64,000 nt of DNA from Octopus sinensis (GCF_006345805.1 NC_043013.1:40052001-40116000), one strand, 5' to 3'; counted from the first letter of the stretch, positions 1-13,582 are shown. A program made the numbers and translations. The notes: generated from the letters alone by a model not told the origin.

Positions 1-244
1 CTATCTATCAATCTGTCTATCTATCTATCAATCTAATCCAATCTATTTATCTACCTATCTGTCAATCTAATCTATCTATCCACCTATCTATCAATCTAAT
101 CTATCTATCTATCTATCCATCTATATATCAACTCTGATTCCCATGGATAAGGTTGATTACCTTTCTCCTCTCCTTTCTCTTCGTCTCCATCTCCTCCTCT
201 CTCTCTGTCTCTCTCCCTCTCTCCACGCCCACACACACACCCAC

Positions 245-300
<56 letters not shown>

Positions 301-953
301 ATATATATATATATATATACATATCTGCATGTGTGTGTGTGTGTGCATTCCTGTGTTTGCCTCTGTATGTGTGTGTGTGTGTGTGTGTCACTTCTAATTC
401 TCACTTTATTATATAATTAATTGTAAAGTAGAAAGAACTCCTGCAGTTCTAATCCTGCGGCTGATTTGAACACCGTTCTTTACACACATCTGCGAAACGC
501 CTCCATTCCCCGCGCGCGCGCACACACACACGCACACACACACACATACATACACACGCACACGCGCACACACGCACACACGCACACACGCACACACACA
601 CACACACATACGCACACACGCAGGTATACACATGCACGCATACGCACATATAAATATATGAACAAGAACACATATACACACATATATACACACAACCACC
701 ACCACAAAAACCACCACTCCTACCACCACTACTATTTCTACTCCCACCATCACCAACACTACTACTAACACTAAAACTATCACTACTCCCACCACCACCA
801 CCACCACCACAATTACTACTATTATTGCTGCTGCTGCTACTACTACTACCACTACTACTACCACTGCGACCACAACCACCATCACTACTACGACTACTAA
901 CACTGCCACCACCACCATTACTACCACCAATTCAACTACCACCATCACTACTA

Positions 954-992
<39 letters not shown>
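1..992. repeat. Compound microsatellite block: (CTAT)n, (TG)n/(TA)n, (CA)n, (CAC)n/(TAC)n
   Basis: Simple repeats visible directly; they account for all ORFs in this interval. Confidence 0.95.
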
Positions 993-1333
993 TCGACATG
1001 GTTTGGCGAAACTGGAATAGCTGTTTTTGTTTTTGCATTTGTAATTATTCGTTAGACATGAAGGACGTAAAAGAGTGAAGAGAAAGGAAAGAAAAGATGA
1101 TAACGAGGGGTGAGGAGGATAGGAGTGACGGAGATGGTGGGAGATGGTTTTCTTGGAGATTCAGGAAGAGAGGAGGTGAAGGAGGAGGGCGGGGGAAAGA
1201 AAGACTGTGATAGTGGTTAGTGTTGTAATTATGGTGGTGATGGTGGTGGCGGCGGCGGTCGATGATGATGGTTGTGCGTGGGTGATGCTGGTGATGCTAA
1301 TGCTGCTGCCCCTACTGATGATGAGGGGGAAGC

Positions 1334-1368
<35 letters not shown>

Positions 1369-1374
1369 GTAGTT

Positions 1375-1412
<38 letters not shown>

Positions 1413-1680
1413 TACCAAAATTGAGCTCCTGGCCTCGGTGATGATAATCATTCTTCTAAATCTGCTTGGATTCCTTAGGGTTTAAGGTTAATGTTAGGGA
1501 TAATTAAAAAAAGAAATAATTTGGGAGTGCTAGAAGGTTGGGGTTAGTATTGGAAAGAGTGGAGAGGGGTGGTTAAGGTTAACGAAATTTAGACTGAACA
1601 ATATATTTGGTTATCTTAAATGTCTGGATCTCGTTTCAGCGAGATGTCTGTCTGCCAAAACTATTTTCCTCATCTTGAGT

Positions 1681-2045
1681 TCTTTCAATGGTTATTTCAA
1701 ATGTTATTTCAATGGTTATTTTAATGGTTATTTCAAATGTTATTTCAATGGTTATTTTAATGGTTATTTCAATTGTTGTTTCAATGGTTATTTCAATGGT
1801 TATTTCAAATGTTATTTCAATGGTTATTTTAATGGTTATTTCAATGGTTGTTTCAATGGTTATTTCAATGGTTATTTCAAATGTTATTTCAATGGTTATT
1901 TCAATGGTTATTTCAATGGTTGTTTCAATGGTTATTTTAATGGTTATTTCAATAGTTATCTAATGGTTATTTTAATGGCTATTTCAATGGTTATCTAATG
2001 GTTATTTTAATGGTTATTTCAATGGTTATTTCAATGGTTATTTCT
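1681..2045. repeat. 12-bp minisatellite (AATGGTTATTTC), about 30 units, with higher-order periodicity
   Basis: Units aatggttatttc, aaatgttatttc and aatggttgtttc recur in an ordered pattern. Confidence 0.95.
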
Positions 2046-2189
2046 TACAATCATTTGCATACGATATTCCTGAGCCAGACTTGGGATCGCAACAGAAGCC
2101 CTTTAATTTACCAACAGGTGTGCTTATCGAGAGACTAACCTATTGTCCGAAGACGTCTAAATAATGCACTTAACACATTTTTCTCCGGC

Positions 2190-2475
2190 GAGTGAAGGTT
2201 GTAAGGTCTTGAGTTCGATTCCCAGTAGAGCGCTGTGTCCTTGAGCAAAAATACTTTATTTCACATTGCTCCAGTCCACTCAGCTGGCAAAAAGGATTTG
2301 TACCTGTAATTCAAATTCAGATTCTGTATCACACTGAACCCCACCCCACCCCGAGAACTGCGTTAAGGATAGCGTGTCTTTGGAGTACTCAACCATTTGC
2401 ACCTTAGTTTCCCGAGCAGGCTGTTCCGTTGTCTGGATCAACAGGAACCCTCGTCGTTGTAACCGTTGGAATACC
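2190..2475 (+). mobile_element. tRNA-derived SINE, CORE-like family F. Other copies: 15950-16130 (fragment), 34955-35435 (+), 52670-53030 (-), 60490-60800 (-), 63680-64000 (-)
   Basis: B-box-like GAGTTCGATTCCC, then gtgtccttgagcaa...tttatttcac.ttgctccagtccactcagctggcaaa and a tail ending ...aaccctcgtcgt.gtaacc, shared among copies. The CORE label is from resemblance only. Confidence 0.8.
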
Positions 2476-3474
2476 AGTTTTTATTTGTTGGGTAAGGTCC
2501 TTACATCGACATGTCGGGGCAGTGCAAGAATTTGCTCCTGTTTATATTAGGTAAGGGCTTATTCCGATGTTAAGTCTGCGTATGATCGGTGAATGACGCT
2601 GTGTCTGGAATGTGCAAGATAGACCTATTTTGATTGGTTAACAAGGGTCATGTGGTGGAATATCTGACAAATGAAAAATATACATGGCTGGACTAACTAA
2701 TCTAGACCAATTGACATTAAGATGCAACTACTTTGGAAGAAATTTTACAGTTGGCGATTTATAAACCAAAAATCCTTTCTACGATAGGAACATGGCTTGA
2801 AATTTTGCAGGAGGATGCTAGTCGAATGCATCGACCCCGTTATATGACTGGTACTTACTACATCGACCTCGAAAACATGAAAAGCAAAGTCGACCTCGAC
2901 AGAATTTCAATTGAGAGCGTAAAAACGGATGAAATGCCACTAAGTATCTTACTCGGCATGAATACGATTCTGCAAGCTCGCCACTTTAAATATTAACATA
3001 ACATTGAGCACTAGGGACCCAATGTTATATCGCGATATTTCCGTGGGATCAAAAACGAGATTATCCTTATTTTGACTTCTCCAAAGGAAACAAGGATCGA
3101 ACTATTGTGTTCGGACGTTTAGGTTTCTTCATCATTGATGCTCTCAGCTGACATTTCCCCCATAAATTCGAATTGTGCTGGGATGAGGGCGCGGTAAACC
3201 CAAATAATATCAATGATCACACCTTAAAGAGATTTAAAAGGGATTAGTAGGAGGATTTCGGAAGTTTAGGTTAAACATAACAATTAGCATTAACTTAACG
3301 ATAACCATCGTAACACTTTATTTAAACACGACATACACTACCCCCAACGGAAACCAAATATGAGTTTTGTGTACACCCATAAAAATTCCAACCACACCCC
3401 GTAAAAATAATGAATTTTGAAGTTGGAATATCTTTAACATGGTCACCTCTTGCAATAATGATAACGTTGAACAA

Positions 3475-3874
3475 AAGGCGTCGAGCTGGTAGAATCGTTA
3501 GCACGCCGGGCGAAATGCTTAGCGGTATTTCGTCTGCCGCTACGTTCTGGGTTCAAATTTCGCCGAGGTCGACTTTGCCTTTCATCCTTTCGGGCTCAAT
3601 AAATTAAGTACCAGTTACGTACTGGGGTCGATATAATCGACTTAATCCGTTTGTCTGTCCTTGTTTGTCCTCTCTGTGTTTTTAGCCCCTTGTGGGTAGT
3701 AAAGAAATAGGTATTTCGTCTGCCGCTACGTTCTGGGTTCAAATTTCGCCGAGGTCGACTTTACCTTTCATCCTTTCGTGGTCGATTAAGTAAGTACCAG
3801 TTACGCACTGGGGTCGATGTAATCGACTTAATCCCTTCCCCCAAATTTGAGGCCTTGTGCTTCCTGTAGAAAGG
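3475..3874 (+). mobile_element. Composite SINE: family A tail-1 monomer joined to a tail-2 monomer
   Basis: tRNA-like head, central GAGGTCGACTTTGCCTTTCATCCTTTCGGG domain (MetaSINE-like by resemblance) and tail ...AAGAAATA at 3709. A second monomer begins at GGTAT (3710). 11-bp TSD taacgttgaac at 3462-3472 and 3876-3886. Confidence 0.9.
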
Positions 3875-4735
3875 TTAACGTTGAACGGGCCAGAAACACA
3901 TTCAGTGATTCACACGGATTGCACTGTGTAACAGGATTTTTTGCCCTTGTGTCACAACTGCTATTTTCTATTTGCTTATCCCTAGAAAATCTGAGAAATG
4001 GCTAATATTTGACTTCAAACATGCTTTACTTCAAACTCCCAAAGCATCGCTCTCAACACATGGTTATGATGCTCCCCCACTACTCTAGCTCGTGAACAGA
4101 AATGCATACATATTGTCAGCCACTAAAAGGCATGCACAATCGGTTAAGGTCAAGCAGCTGACAAGCAAATCTCTGGTATGGAGCATTGTATATGCTATAA
4201 CGATATTTTTTCTTCAGAAACTCAGCACTTAATCTGTCTGAAATGTTATGGAAAACAAGTAAATTTCAAAACATTGATGTCCAGATCACAAAAGCAAAGT
4301 TTGAAGGGAATAGAAGTCATTTCCTTTGATTTCAAGATAGAAGCAAATAGGAAATAACACTTGCTGGCCAAAGACAAAAAAAAAATTATAACACAAGTGT
4401 AATACTCCTATAATAGTATACACTTTTAGTAGAATGTACTCGGCTTTTTGTATATAGGAAATGGACTAGTCTAACCAGTTGGCATTGGAAAATTCCCAAT
4501 TATATTTATTTATGTAAATGTCTATAAGAATTCACCAGTTCTGATCTTTTGTTCAAATTTTTCAAAGAGATGTTAATAGGATGTTATACGTCTCTGAGAA
4601 ACAAAGAATATGACCGTATAGAAATGGAAGCCTGTGCTGTATTTCTCAACATTTTAATACTAAATGTTTCGTTGTTACTCTTGTTGTTCATATCAGTGTT
4701 ACTATTATTATCATTATTTTTTTTTTTTAATATTT

Positions 4736-4778
<43 letters not shown>

Positions 4779-4824
4779 CATTATTATTATTATTATTATT
4801 ATTATCATTATTATTATTATTATT

Positions 4825-4855
<31 letters not shown>

Positions 4856-4874
4856 TATTATTATTATTATTATT

Positions 4875-4947
4875 GAGTGAAAGAGCAGTGCATGCCACCA
4901 AAGTGACAGTGAGGTAAAATATACGAAGCCCAGTATACTCATCATGA
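4875..4947 (-). mobile_element. Truncated copy of the ~540-bp (AAT)n-flanked non-coding element
   Basis: Matches the gagtgagagagcagtgcatgcc end of the 7058 copy and lies inside (ATT)n. Confidence 0.85.
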
Positions 4948-4974
4948 AAGCCTATTATTATTATTATCATCATC

Positions 4975-5022
<48 letters not shown>

Positions 5023-5059
5023 GCTGTTGTTGTTGTTGTTGTTGTTGTTGTTAAAGTAG

Positions 5060-6950
5060 TGAAATCAGCGAGTGTTAGCACGCCAAGCAAAATGCATAGC
5101 GGCATTTCGTCTGTCTTTACTGTCTGAGTTCAAATTCCGTCAAGGTCGACTTCACCTTTCATCGATTCGGGATCGACAAAATAAGTACCAGTTAACCTCT
5201 GGGGTCGATGTAATGGACCTCCCCATCCATCAGATTTACTGCCAAAATAGGAAAGGGTTATCATTACCGCAGCGAGCTGGCAGAATCGTTAGCGCGTCGG
5301 ACACAATGCCTCACAGTATTTCTTCCTACGTTCAGAGTTCAAATCCTACCGAACTCAACTTTGCCTTTCATTCTATGGGGATCGATAAAATAAAGTACCA
5401 GTCGAGCACTGGGGTCGATGTAGCCAACTGCGTCCTTCCTCTGGAATTGCTGGACTTGTGCCAAAAATGAAAATAATTGTTATTGTTTAATCAAAGTCAA
5501 TACTGATCATGATCAAGATGGTCAATAATTAAAGACCTTCTAACCGTGACAATCCTTTCCGAAAATCGAACGGCTGCATGGAAGCTTTCCTTGACATAAG
5601 GTAACATATTTGAAGACAAGAAATCAATCAATTAAATCATCAATCCCAGTACATAACTGGTGCTTTATTTTTATCAAGCACGGTGCGAAGAAGTAAAGGC
5701 AAAGTTGACCTCGGCGGGATTTGAAACTAACCAACACTACAAGGCATGAACTCTGTCACCCTAACTCTTTAATAATTCTGTCTGATTTTGATACAAGGTC
5801 AGTAATTTTGAAGGGAGGGGCTAAATTGATTACATCGACCCTAATACGTGATTGGTACTTTATGTTTTCGGTCCCGAAAGGACGAAAGACAAAGATGACC
5901 TCGGCGGAATTTGAGATAAGGGCGTAATGAGTCGAAAGAAATACCCCTAGGTATTTTGCCTATCCCTCTGGTCTAACGGCTCTGCCAGCACACCGCTTTT
6001 AACTCTTTGATAATACGACCTGCTAGATGTAACAACTAAATCCAGCTCAAAACACACCCAACCATTTAATGAATTAGATCCGATAAAGCAATCCGGCATA
6101 CTTCTGAAAGGATAGGATGGTCACGCAATTGAAACGTCTTTGATCAGGGTTCAGCTTTGTCAAGCTTACGGAGTAAGGGTGGCGTACAGCGCCTTGTTTC
6201 ACATATCAAACCTCAGCCTCTTGGACTTTAGCGTACCTCCATCCTAATACCCATTTCTATTACCGCTTTACAGAAACTAGAGGTGTGTGTGTGCTTCCTA
6301 TTAATATCAATAATTGTTTATTTTCGACTAGAAAATCCGGAACTCAACCATGAAATATAATTGTTCCGTAGGGGCCATATGGTGATCCAGTAATAAAATC
6401 CCGTTCGAAATTTAATATGTATTAAGAAAACAAAAACCAAAATATAAAGCAGCCATATTGTTCCTCTGTATTGTTCGGTTGAATAAACTGGAGTAAAGTT
6501 TTGTTTGGTGATCGACGTCCGTTCTATTATCGATCCAATATCAAAATATTGGCAGTTGAAAACACTGGAATAAAACAAAATCTCAAATAAATTAACAGCA
6601 CTAACAACAATAGCAATAATAAAAATGAGGAGGAGGAGGAGGAGGGCTATCATCATCATCAACATCATCATTATCATCACAATCATGCTGATGACATTAA
6701 GTTTCTAATAATATTTATTCTCTAATAATATTTATTATTATTACCATTATTAAGGGGGCAAGAGGGCAGAATCGTTAGCACGCCGGACAAAAATGCATCA
6801 CTCTATTTCTTCCGGCCCTTTAGGTTCTGAGTTCAAATTCCTCCGAGGACAACATTACCTTTCATTCTTACGGGGTCAATAAAGCAATTACCTGTTGAGT
6901 GTTGGGGTAAATGTGATCGATTAGTCCCTCTCCCTAAATTTCAGAAAGGA
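5060..6950. mobile_element. Cluster of family A SINEs: about 5060-5250 (+), 5270-5480 (+), 5580-6000 (-), 6755-6950 (+)
   Basis: Recurrent gcagaatcgttagcacg / gagttcaaat / gtcgac...cctttcatc / ggggtcgat motifs; boundaries approximate. Confidence 0.8.
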
Positions 6951-7057
6951 TTATTATTATTATTATTATTGTTGTTGTTGTTGTTGTTGTTGTTGCTGCT
7001 GTTATTATTATTATTATTAATTATTATTATTATATTATTATTATTATTATTATTATT

Positions 7058-7596
7058 GAGTGAGAGAGCAGTGCATGCCATCAAAGTGACACTGAGGTAA
7101 AATATACGAAGCCCAGTATACCCACCATGACTACCCGTCTGATAAGGGTACACCAGGCACGTGCATCACAACCATATGTGCGCGACATGGTGATCTCATA
7201 TCAAGATAAACAGCACATGACCTTGCAGGTGGGGCCCAGTTAGAATTTTCTTCTGGTCGAGTAACCCATCCGGCTCAAAAGGTTCCTGAATAAGGGTTGT
7301 TTAAGGATGGTGAACGAAACACCCATGTTTCCAGAAGTGAATTATTCAAATAACAAAGAGTCCCTCTCAACACATGGCTATGATGCTCCCCCACTACTTC
7401 TGCTTGTGATCAGAGATGTACATATTATCAGCCACTAAGGGACAGGCTCAACTGGTTAAGATCAAACAAGTGACAAGCTAATCTGTGGTATTGAGCAGAA
7501 TATTTGCTGTGGCCCATCTTTTATACCAAGACAAAACAATGTACATAACACTTTCAATCAGTTAAGATCAGAAGCCACGTGAGCCACTGCCTGGTA

Positions 7597-7597
<1 letters not shown>
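7058..7597 (-). mobile_element. Near full-length ~540-bp (AAT)n-flanked non-coding element
   Basis: Flanked by (ATT)n on both sides; colinear with 8150-8629 and with the reverse complement of 54380-54916. Confidence 0.9.
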
Positions 7598-7633
<36 letters not shown>

Positions 7634-7659
7634 TTATTATTATTATTATTATTATTATT

Positions 7660-7755
7660 GAGTGAGAGAGCAGTTCATGCCATCAAAGTGACACTGGGGT
7701 AAAATATACGAAGCCCAATATACCCATCATGACTACCCGTCCGATAAGGGTACAC
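7660..7755 (-). mobile_element. Truncated ~540-bp element copy
   Basis: Same fixed end next to (ATT)n, truncated at the other end. Confidence 0.85.
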
Positions 7756-8047
7756 ACACATACACACACAAAGAATCTTTCCACCAATTGTGTTTGATTA
7801 TGCTGTCAATTGAATCCCTCGGTTCATTACAATTCCTCTTAGGAAGCTAAATAAAAATGAATACAATATATCTCACTTCACTGTCTTTCTGTCTTGACTG
7901 CAGCATACAGTAGAATATAAGAATGAATGTTTGAAATTTTATGGCTTAGGAGAAATCTGTATATTGGCGACAACAGGTCAACCACCGATATGTTAGCCAC
8001 CAACGGAAGGTAGTTGCTCAACAATTCCTGATTTTTATTATTATTAA

Positions 8048-8095
<48 letters not shown>

Positions 8096-8149
8096 TACTA
8101 TTATTATTATTATTATTATTTTTTAATTATTATTATTATTATTATTATT

Positions 8150-8628
8150 GAGCGAGCGAGCAGAGCATGCCATCAAAGTGACACTGGGGTAAAATATACG
8201 AAGCCCAGTATACCCATCATGACTACCCGTCTGATAAGGGTACACCAGGCACATGCATCACAACCATATGTGCGCGACATGGTGATCTCATATCAAGATA
8301 AACAGCACATGACCTTGCAGGTGGAGCCCAGTTAGAATTTTCTTCAGATCGAGTAACCCATCCCGCTCAAAAGGTCCCTGAATAAGGGTTGTTTAAGGAC
8401 GTTGAACGAAACACCCATGTTTCCAGAGGTGAATTATTCAAACCCAAAGAATCCTTCTCAACACATGGCTATGATGCTCCCCCACTACTTCTGCTCGTGA
8501 TCAGAGATGCACATATCGTCAGCCACTAAGGGACATGCTCAACTGGTTAAGGTCAAACAACTGACAAGCAAATCTGTGGTATTGAGCAGAATATTTGCTG
8601 TAGCCCATCTTTTTACCAAGACAAACAA

Positions 8629-8629
<1 letters not shown>
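8150..8629 (-). mobile_element. Truncated ~540-bp element copy
   Basis: Colinear with 7058-7597; (ATT)n on both sides. Confidence 0.9.
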
Positions 8630-8672
<43 letters not shown>

Positions 8673-8674
8673 TA

Positions 8675-8721
<47 letters not shown>

Positions 8722-8722
8722 G

Positions 8723-8787
<65 letters not shown>

Positions 8788-8790
8788 TTT

Positions 8791-9520
8791 CAGTAGTTTT
8801 ATTTTTATAGCGTGCTTTCACTTCACTACCGAGCGCAGCTCTGTGTGCCTTGGGTATGTGCTGTGATTTGTTGTGATGCTCTGATGGTTATTGTATGGAA
8901 AGTGTTCTGCGTAGGATGTGTGCAGTGCCTAGTAGTGCAATTTTCTGTATGTTATATGTGTTTGTAAGTCCTGGTGTTTTTGTTATGTATTTGTCTGAAT
9001 ATTTTTTTATCATGCCTAATGCACCTACTATGATAGGAATCAGTTCTTTGATTATTTTATTTTTTATATTATCATAATCATTAGGCTCCCCTTCGTTGTT
9101 TACATCGTGTTTGTTGGGAATGTTGCGTTTGTCTTCGTGTTTTACAGTTTCAGTGTTTATATTATTGGGCATTGTTGTGTGGCTTCTATCTACATTTTCC
9201 TGGTGTATTTTTTCTTTTAATGTTCTATTTCTATTTCTGATATTTTTTTGGCTTTGAGAATGTATCTTCGTACGTTAGCTAATTTATTAGGGTTCATTGC
9301 TGTATCCGAGTCTATATCTCTATTATTTTCCTTCCATATTTTATATGTATGTGTTGTATTTTCATTTTTTGGGTAGAGCATTGCTGTGAAGTATGCGTGT
9401 AAGATAGAAATGTATTCCTCACGTGTCCATTTACGTCTTTTGGGTTTTATTTGCGGGACATGAGGTACAACGTCCGGCCCATTATTTTGACGGTCGTCAT
9501 TTTCGTAGGGTACCGGTCCG
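8791..9520 (-). mobile_element. Internally deleted R4/Dong-like non-LTR retrotransposon (family A)
   Basis: Minus strand reads KRRKWTREEYISILHAY (N-terminal-like region), then joins in frame to the C-terminus IPIIVGALGMIKKY...LLGTAHILRRTLSIQ*. The 3'UTR is nearly identical to that at 25941. (AAT)n at both ends. Confidence 0.8.
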
Positions 9521-10494
9521 TATTATTATTATTTTTACTATTCTTCCACTGGGATCGGCTTTGCCTTTCATCCTTTCAGGGTTGATAAAATACGTACCAT
9601 TTGAACACTGGGGCAAATTTAGTCGATTTACCCACTCCTCTGAAATCGCTGGCCTTGTACCGAAATTTGAAACCACTATTATTGTTATATTATTATTATT
9701 ATTATTATTATTACTATATTATCGGTGAGCTGGAAGAATCGTTAGCCCTTCGAACAAAATACTTCGCAGCATTTTTTCCGGCTCTTTATGTCCTAAGTTC
9801 AAATCCTGGCTTGGTCAGTCTTGTAGGTCATCATTTCGAGGTTGATAGAATGAGTACCAGTTGAACTTCGAAGTCGATATAATCGACTTACCAGAAAAAC
9901 TGCATGAAAATCAGGAATTGTTGAGCAACTACCTTCCGTTGGTGGCTAACATATCGGTGGTTGACCTGTTGTCGCCAATATACAGATTTCTCCTAAGCCA
10001 TAAAATTTCAAACATTTATTCTTATATTCTACTGTATGCTGCAGTCAAGACAGAAAGACAGTGAAGTGAGATGTATTGTATTCATTTTTATTTGGCTTCC
10101 TAAGAGGAATTGTAATGAACCGAGGGATTCAATTGACAGCGTAATCAAACACAATTAGTGGAAAGATTCTTTGTGTGTGTATGTGTGTGTACTTGTGTGT
10201 GTGTGTGTGTGTGATGTGTGTTTGTGTGTGTGCGTGTGTGTTTAAAAGACGGCAGTTATATTACAAGCTTGCGAGCGCATCTATGTATATATGTACGTAT
10301 GTATGTATGTATGTATGTATGCATGCATGCATGCATGTATGTATGTATGTATGTATGTATGTATGTATGTATGTATGTATGTATGTATGTATGCATGTAT
10401 GTATGTATGTATGTATGTACAGTTCTATATTTAAGAGATGAGGAATTATGTACATTATTTATATTTGACGAATATTTCTCCTAATCTTGTTTGT

Positions 10495-10545
10495 TGTTAA
10501 CACGTTTCGGCTGATATACCCTCCAGCCTTCATCGGGTGTCTTGG
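10495..10545 (-). ncRNA. Degenerate hammerhead ribozyme in a Penelope-like terminal repeat
   Basis: gacac-CCGATGA-a-ggctg/cagcc stem II-GAAA-cgtg. The core has a U4>C change and stem I pairs imperfectly. Confidence 0.5.
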
Positions 10546-10858
10546 GGAAATTTCGAACCTGTGTTCTCATTCCTAAGGTATTTTTCGATGTTATTATTAT
10601 TATTATCATTATTATTATTATTATTATCATCATCATCATTATTATTATTATTATTATTCAGGTCACTGCCTGGAATCGAACTCGGAATCTTGGACTTAGT
10701 AGCCCGCGCTCTTAACCACTACGCCATATGTATGTGGCAAGTTCAAAACTATTCTCGTCTGTATGTATGTGTATGTGAGTGTGTGTGTGTGTTCAAATGC
10801 ATTGTGTATGCCTTGTACTTTATGATACAGTCCTCTCTTTACATTTAAATTAGCTAAA

Positions 10859-11850
10859 ATGTGTGACGTTTCTTATTTCTAAACAGGGAGGACTTTCGGA
10901 TCCCGGATGACTCGAGCTTCAGCTACTAAAGCTGTTGAATATTTCGAGAGTTACAGTCTCTAAATTCATGCTGGCATTCTAAAGTCAAGGTAAAACCAGT
11001 TCTGGCAAGCATAATTCTTGATGGAACCCAGAGATCATAGAGTGGATCCACATAATAAAACTTACTGTGTCTAAAAACCATGAAACTACAGCAACAAAAG
11101 TGAGAAAAGAGCTATACCACTACGTTACCAATCCCGTGTGAACTAAAACGTTAATCGTGTGCTTCATAAAGCTGGATACAATGAGGGTGTTGCAATGTCT
11201 AAATTTCTGTCCCTCATCAACATTGATAAGGGAAGGAAAATGGTGTCTAAAATAACGGATGTGAGCAATGGCTTAACTGAACAATTATCTTTAATGAATC
11301 AACATTTATTCTTTTTCAGCTTCAAGGATAACCTATGTCTGGACACAGCCCAATGAAGTCTTCAACTCAGCCGGTTTGACCTCTACAGTAAAGCATGGAG
11401 GTAATCTGTGATAATTTAAGCAACCGTATCACGGAATTCTCTTCAGTTGCTCTATATGGCAGACTTAACATCAAGGATTATCTGAGTATTTTAGCTGATC
11501 ATGTCCATCCTACCGTATAAACATTCTTCTCAGATAATCGCGAAATCTTTCAGGTTCATAATGTGCTGATTCACACGGCTGATGCTGTTCAAAAGTGATA
11601 CGTGGAGCACAAACGTCATGTAGACACTAACATCCACAATCACCGGATCTCAATATAATCGAACATTTATGGTGCATTTTGGAACAGCAATTGAGGAGCT
11701 GCTTCACCCTGCCATTGTTCCTGAAAGAGCCAAAGCAGGTTTTACAAGGGAAATGGATCAAAATTCCCCTAAGAACAGTTCAGAATCTGTACAAATAAAT
11801 TATTCGATGTATTAAAGCTGCGATAAGTGCCACCAACTTCGTATCAAATT
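10859..11850 (+). pseudogene. Decayed Tc1-family transposase
   Basis: Across stops and frameshifts: LHKAGY, TVKHGG, YLSILADHVHP, IFQ.HN..IHTA, PQSPDLNIIEHLWCILEQQLR. TIRs not located. Confidence 0.88.
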
Positions 11851-11921
11851 ATACAACTTCCATCTAACAAGGTATTTCCATAACTTTATCACCTGGTGAA
11901 TATGTGTCTGTGTATATATTA

Positions 11922-12139
11922 CGAGGGGGCGATGAAAAGTTCCTGGCTTTGGGTAAAAGAAAATACAGGAGGATCAGTTAATTATGATTTTATTCAACAT
12001 ATCTCCACCTCAGATTCACACACTTACTGCAGTGGCCCTTCAATTTTTTCTAAGCCCTGTAAAAGAACTCGGAAAGTTGGTTCTCTAACCAGGCTTTTCG
12101 CGACACCCTTAAAGCCAGGAAATTTTCAGCAACCCTTCG
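11922..12139. mobile_element. Mariner-type MITE
   Basis: ~29-bp imperfect TIRs (cgagggggcgatgaaaagttcctggcttt / aaagccaggaaattttcagcaacccttcg) with TA on both sides. Confidence 0.88.
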
Positions 12140-12220
<81 letters not shown>

Positions 12221-12689
12221 CGCACATACGCGCACACCTACGCATACACGCACACACACCTATGTATGACGACAGCGTAACTCCACTGCAGTTGAGGATG
12301 GAAATAACAAAAAGGAACATTATGTCACAGGAGATAAAAGTATTGGCGATGAATGCAACAACAACTAACGCAGCAGCAGCGGTAGCAGCGGAAGCAGCGA
12401 CCATTAAATGACCAGTCTAGAAACGCAGATTATCAGATTAAGTATGTCGGTGAAAGAATTTAATGATGTGATTACAAACGACGTCAGTGAATGACGTTAC
12501 TGGCTGACACCGAGGATCTGCCGTACCGACGAATGAATCTGAATCTCTAGTTACTTGACCTCCTAATAATAGCGACCAAATTTCCCTCAAATCAAGCACT
12601 TAAAACCTATAGGAAGGACGAATCTGAAAAATACAGGTGATAGAATAAATCAGTAGTCAAATGACCCCATCCACTCAAAATTTACTAGT

Positions 12690-13000
12690 CTTGGCTAGTG
12701 GTTAGAGCGTTGGGCTCACAATTATGTGATAGTGAGTTCGATTCCCAGACCGGGCTGTGTGTTGTGTTCTTAAGCAAGACACTTTATTCCACGTTGCTCC
12801 TGTTCACTCAGCTGTAAGAATGAGTTGCGACGTCACTGGTGGCCTTTCTCTTTGGACAGCATTGGTGGCGTGGAGAGGAGAGGAGAGGAGAGGCGACTGC
12901 TGGACTTCTATGAACAACCTTACCTGGACTTGTGCCTCGGAGAGTGACTTTCTAGATGCAATCTCATGATCATTCATGACCAAAAGAGGACTTTAGTGTG
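12690..13000 (+). mobile_element. tRNA-derived SINE, CORE-like family E. Other copies: 38841-39175, 40252-40410 (truncated), 43559-43885
   Basis: A-box-like ...agtggttagagc and B-box gagttcgattccc, shared body ctgtagaaatgagttgcga.gtcactgg and tail gacttgtgcctcggag...catgacc. Confidence 0.85.
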
Positions 13001-13205
13001 CCTAAATTAGAAATCATTCGTTAGCGCGACAAGCAAAATGCGTATCGGTATTTCTTCCGGCTTTACGTTCTAAGTTCAAATCCTGTCGAGTTCGACTTTG
13101 CTTTTCACTCTTGTGGAGTCGATAAAACAATTAGCTATTGAGCATTTGGGATCAATATGATTGACTAGCCCATGAATTCCAGGCCTTGCGCCTAATGTAG
13201 AAACA

Positions 13206-13289
<84 letters not shown>

Positions 13290-13530
13290 GAGTGAGAGAG
13301 CAGTGCATGCCATCAAAGTGACACTGGGGTAAAATATACGAAGCCCAGTATACCCATCATGACTACCCGTCTCAAAAGGGTACACCAAGCACGTGCATCA
13401 CAACCATATGTACGCGACACGGTGATCTTATATCAAGATAAACAGCACATGGCCTTGCAAGTGGGACCCAGTTAGAATTTTCTTCAGGTTGAGTAGCCCA
13501 TCCTGCTCAAAAGATCCATTATTATTATTA

Positions 13531-13582
<52 letters not shown>

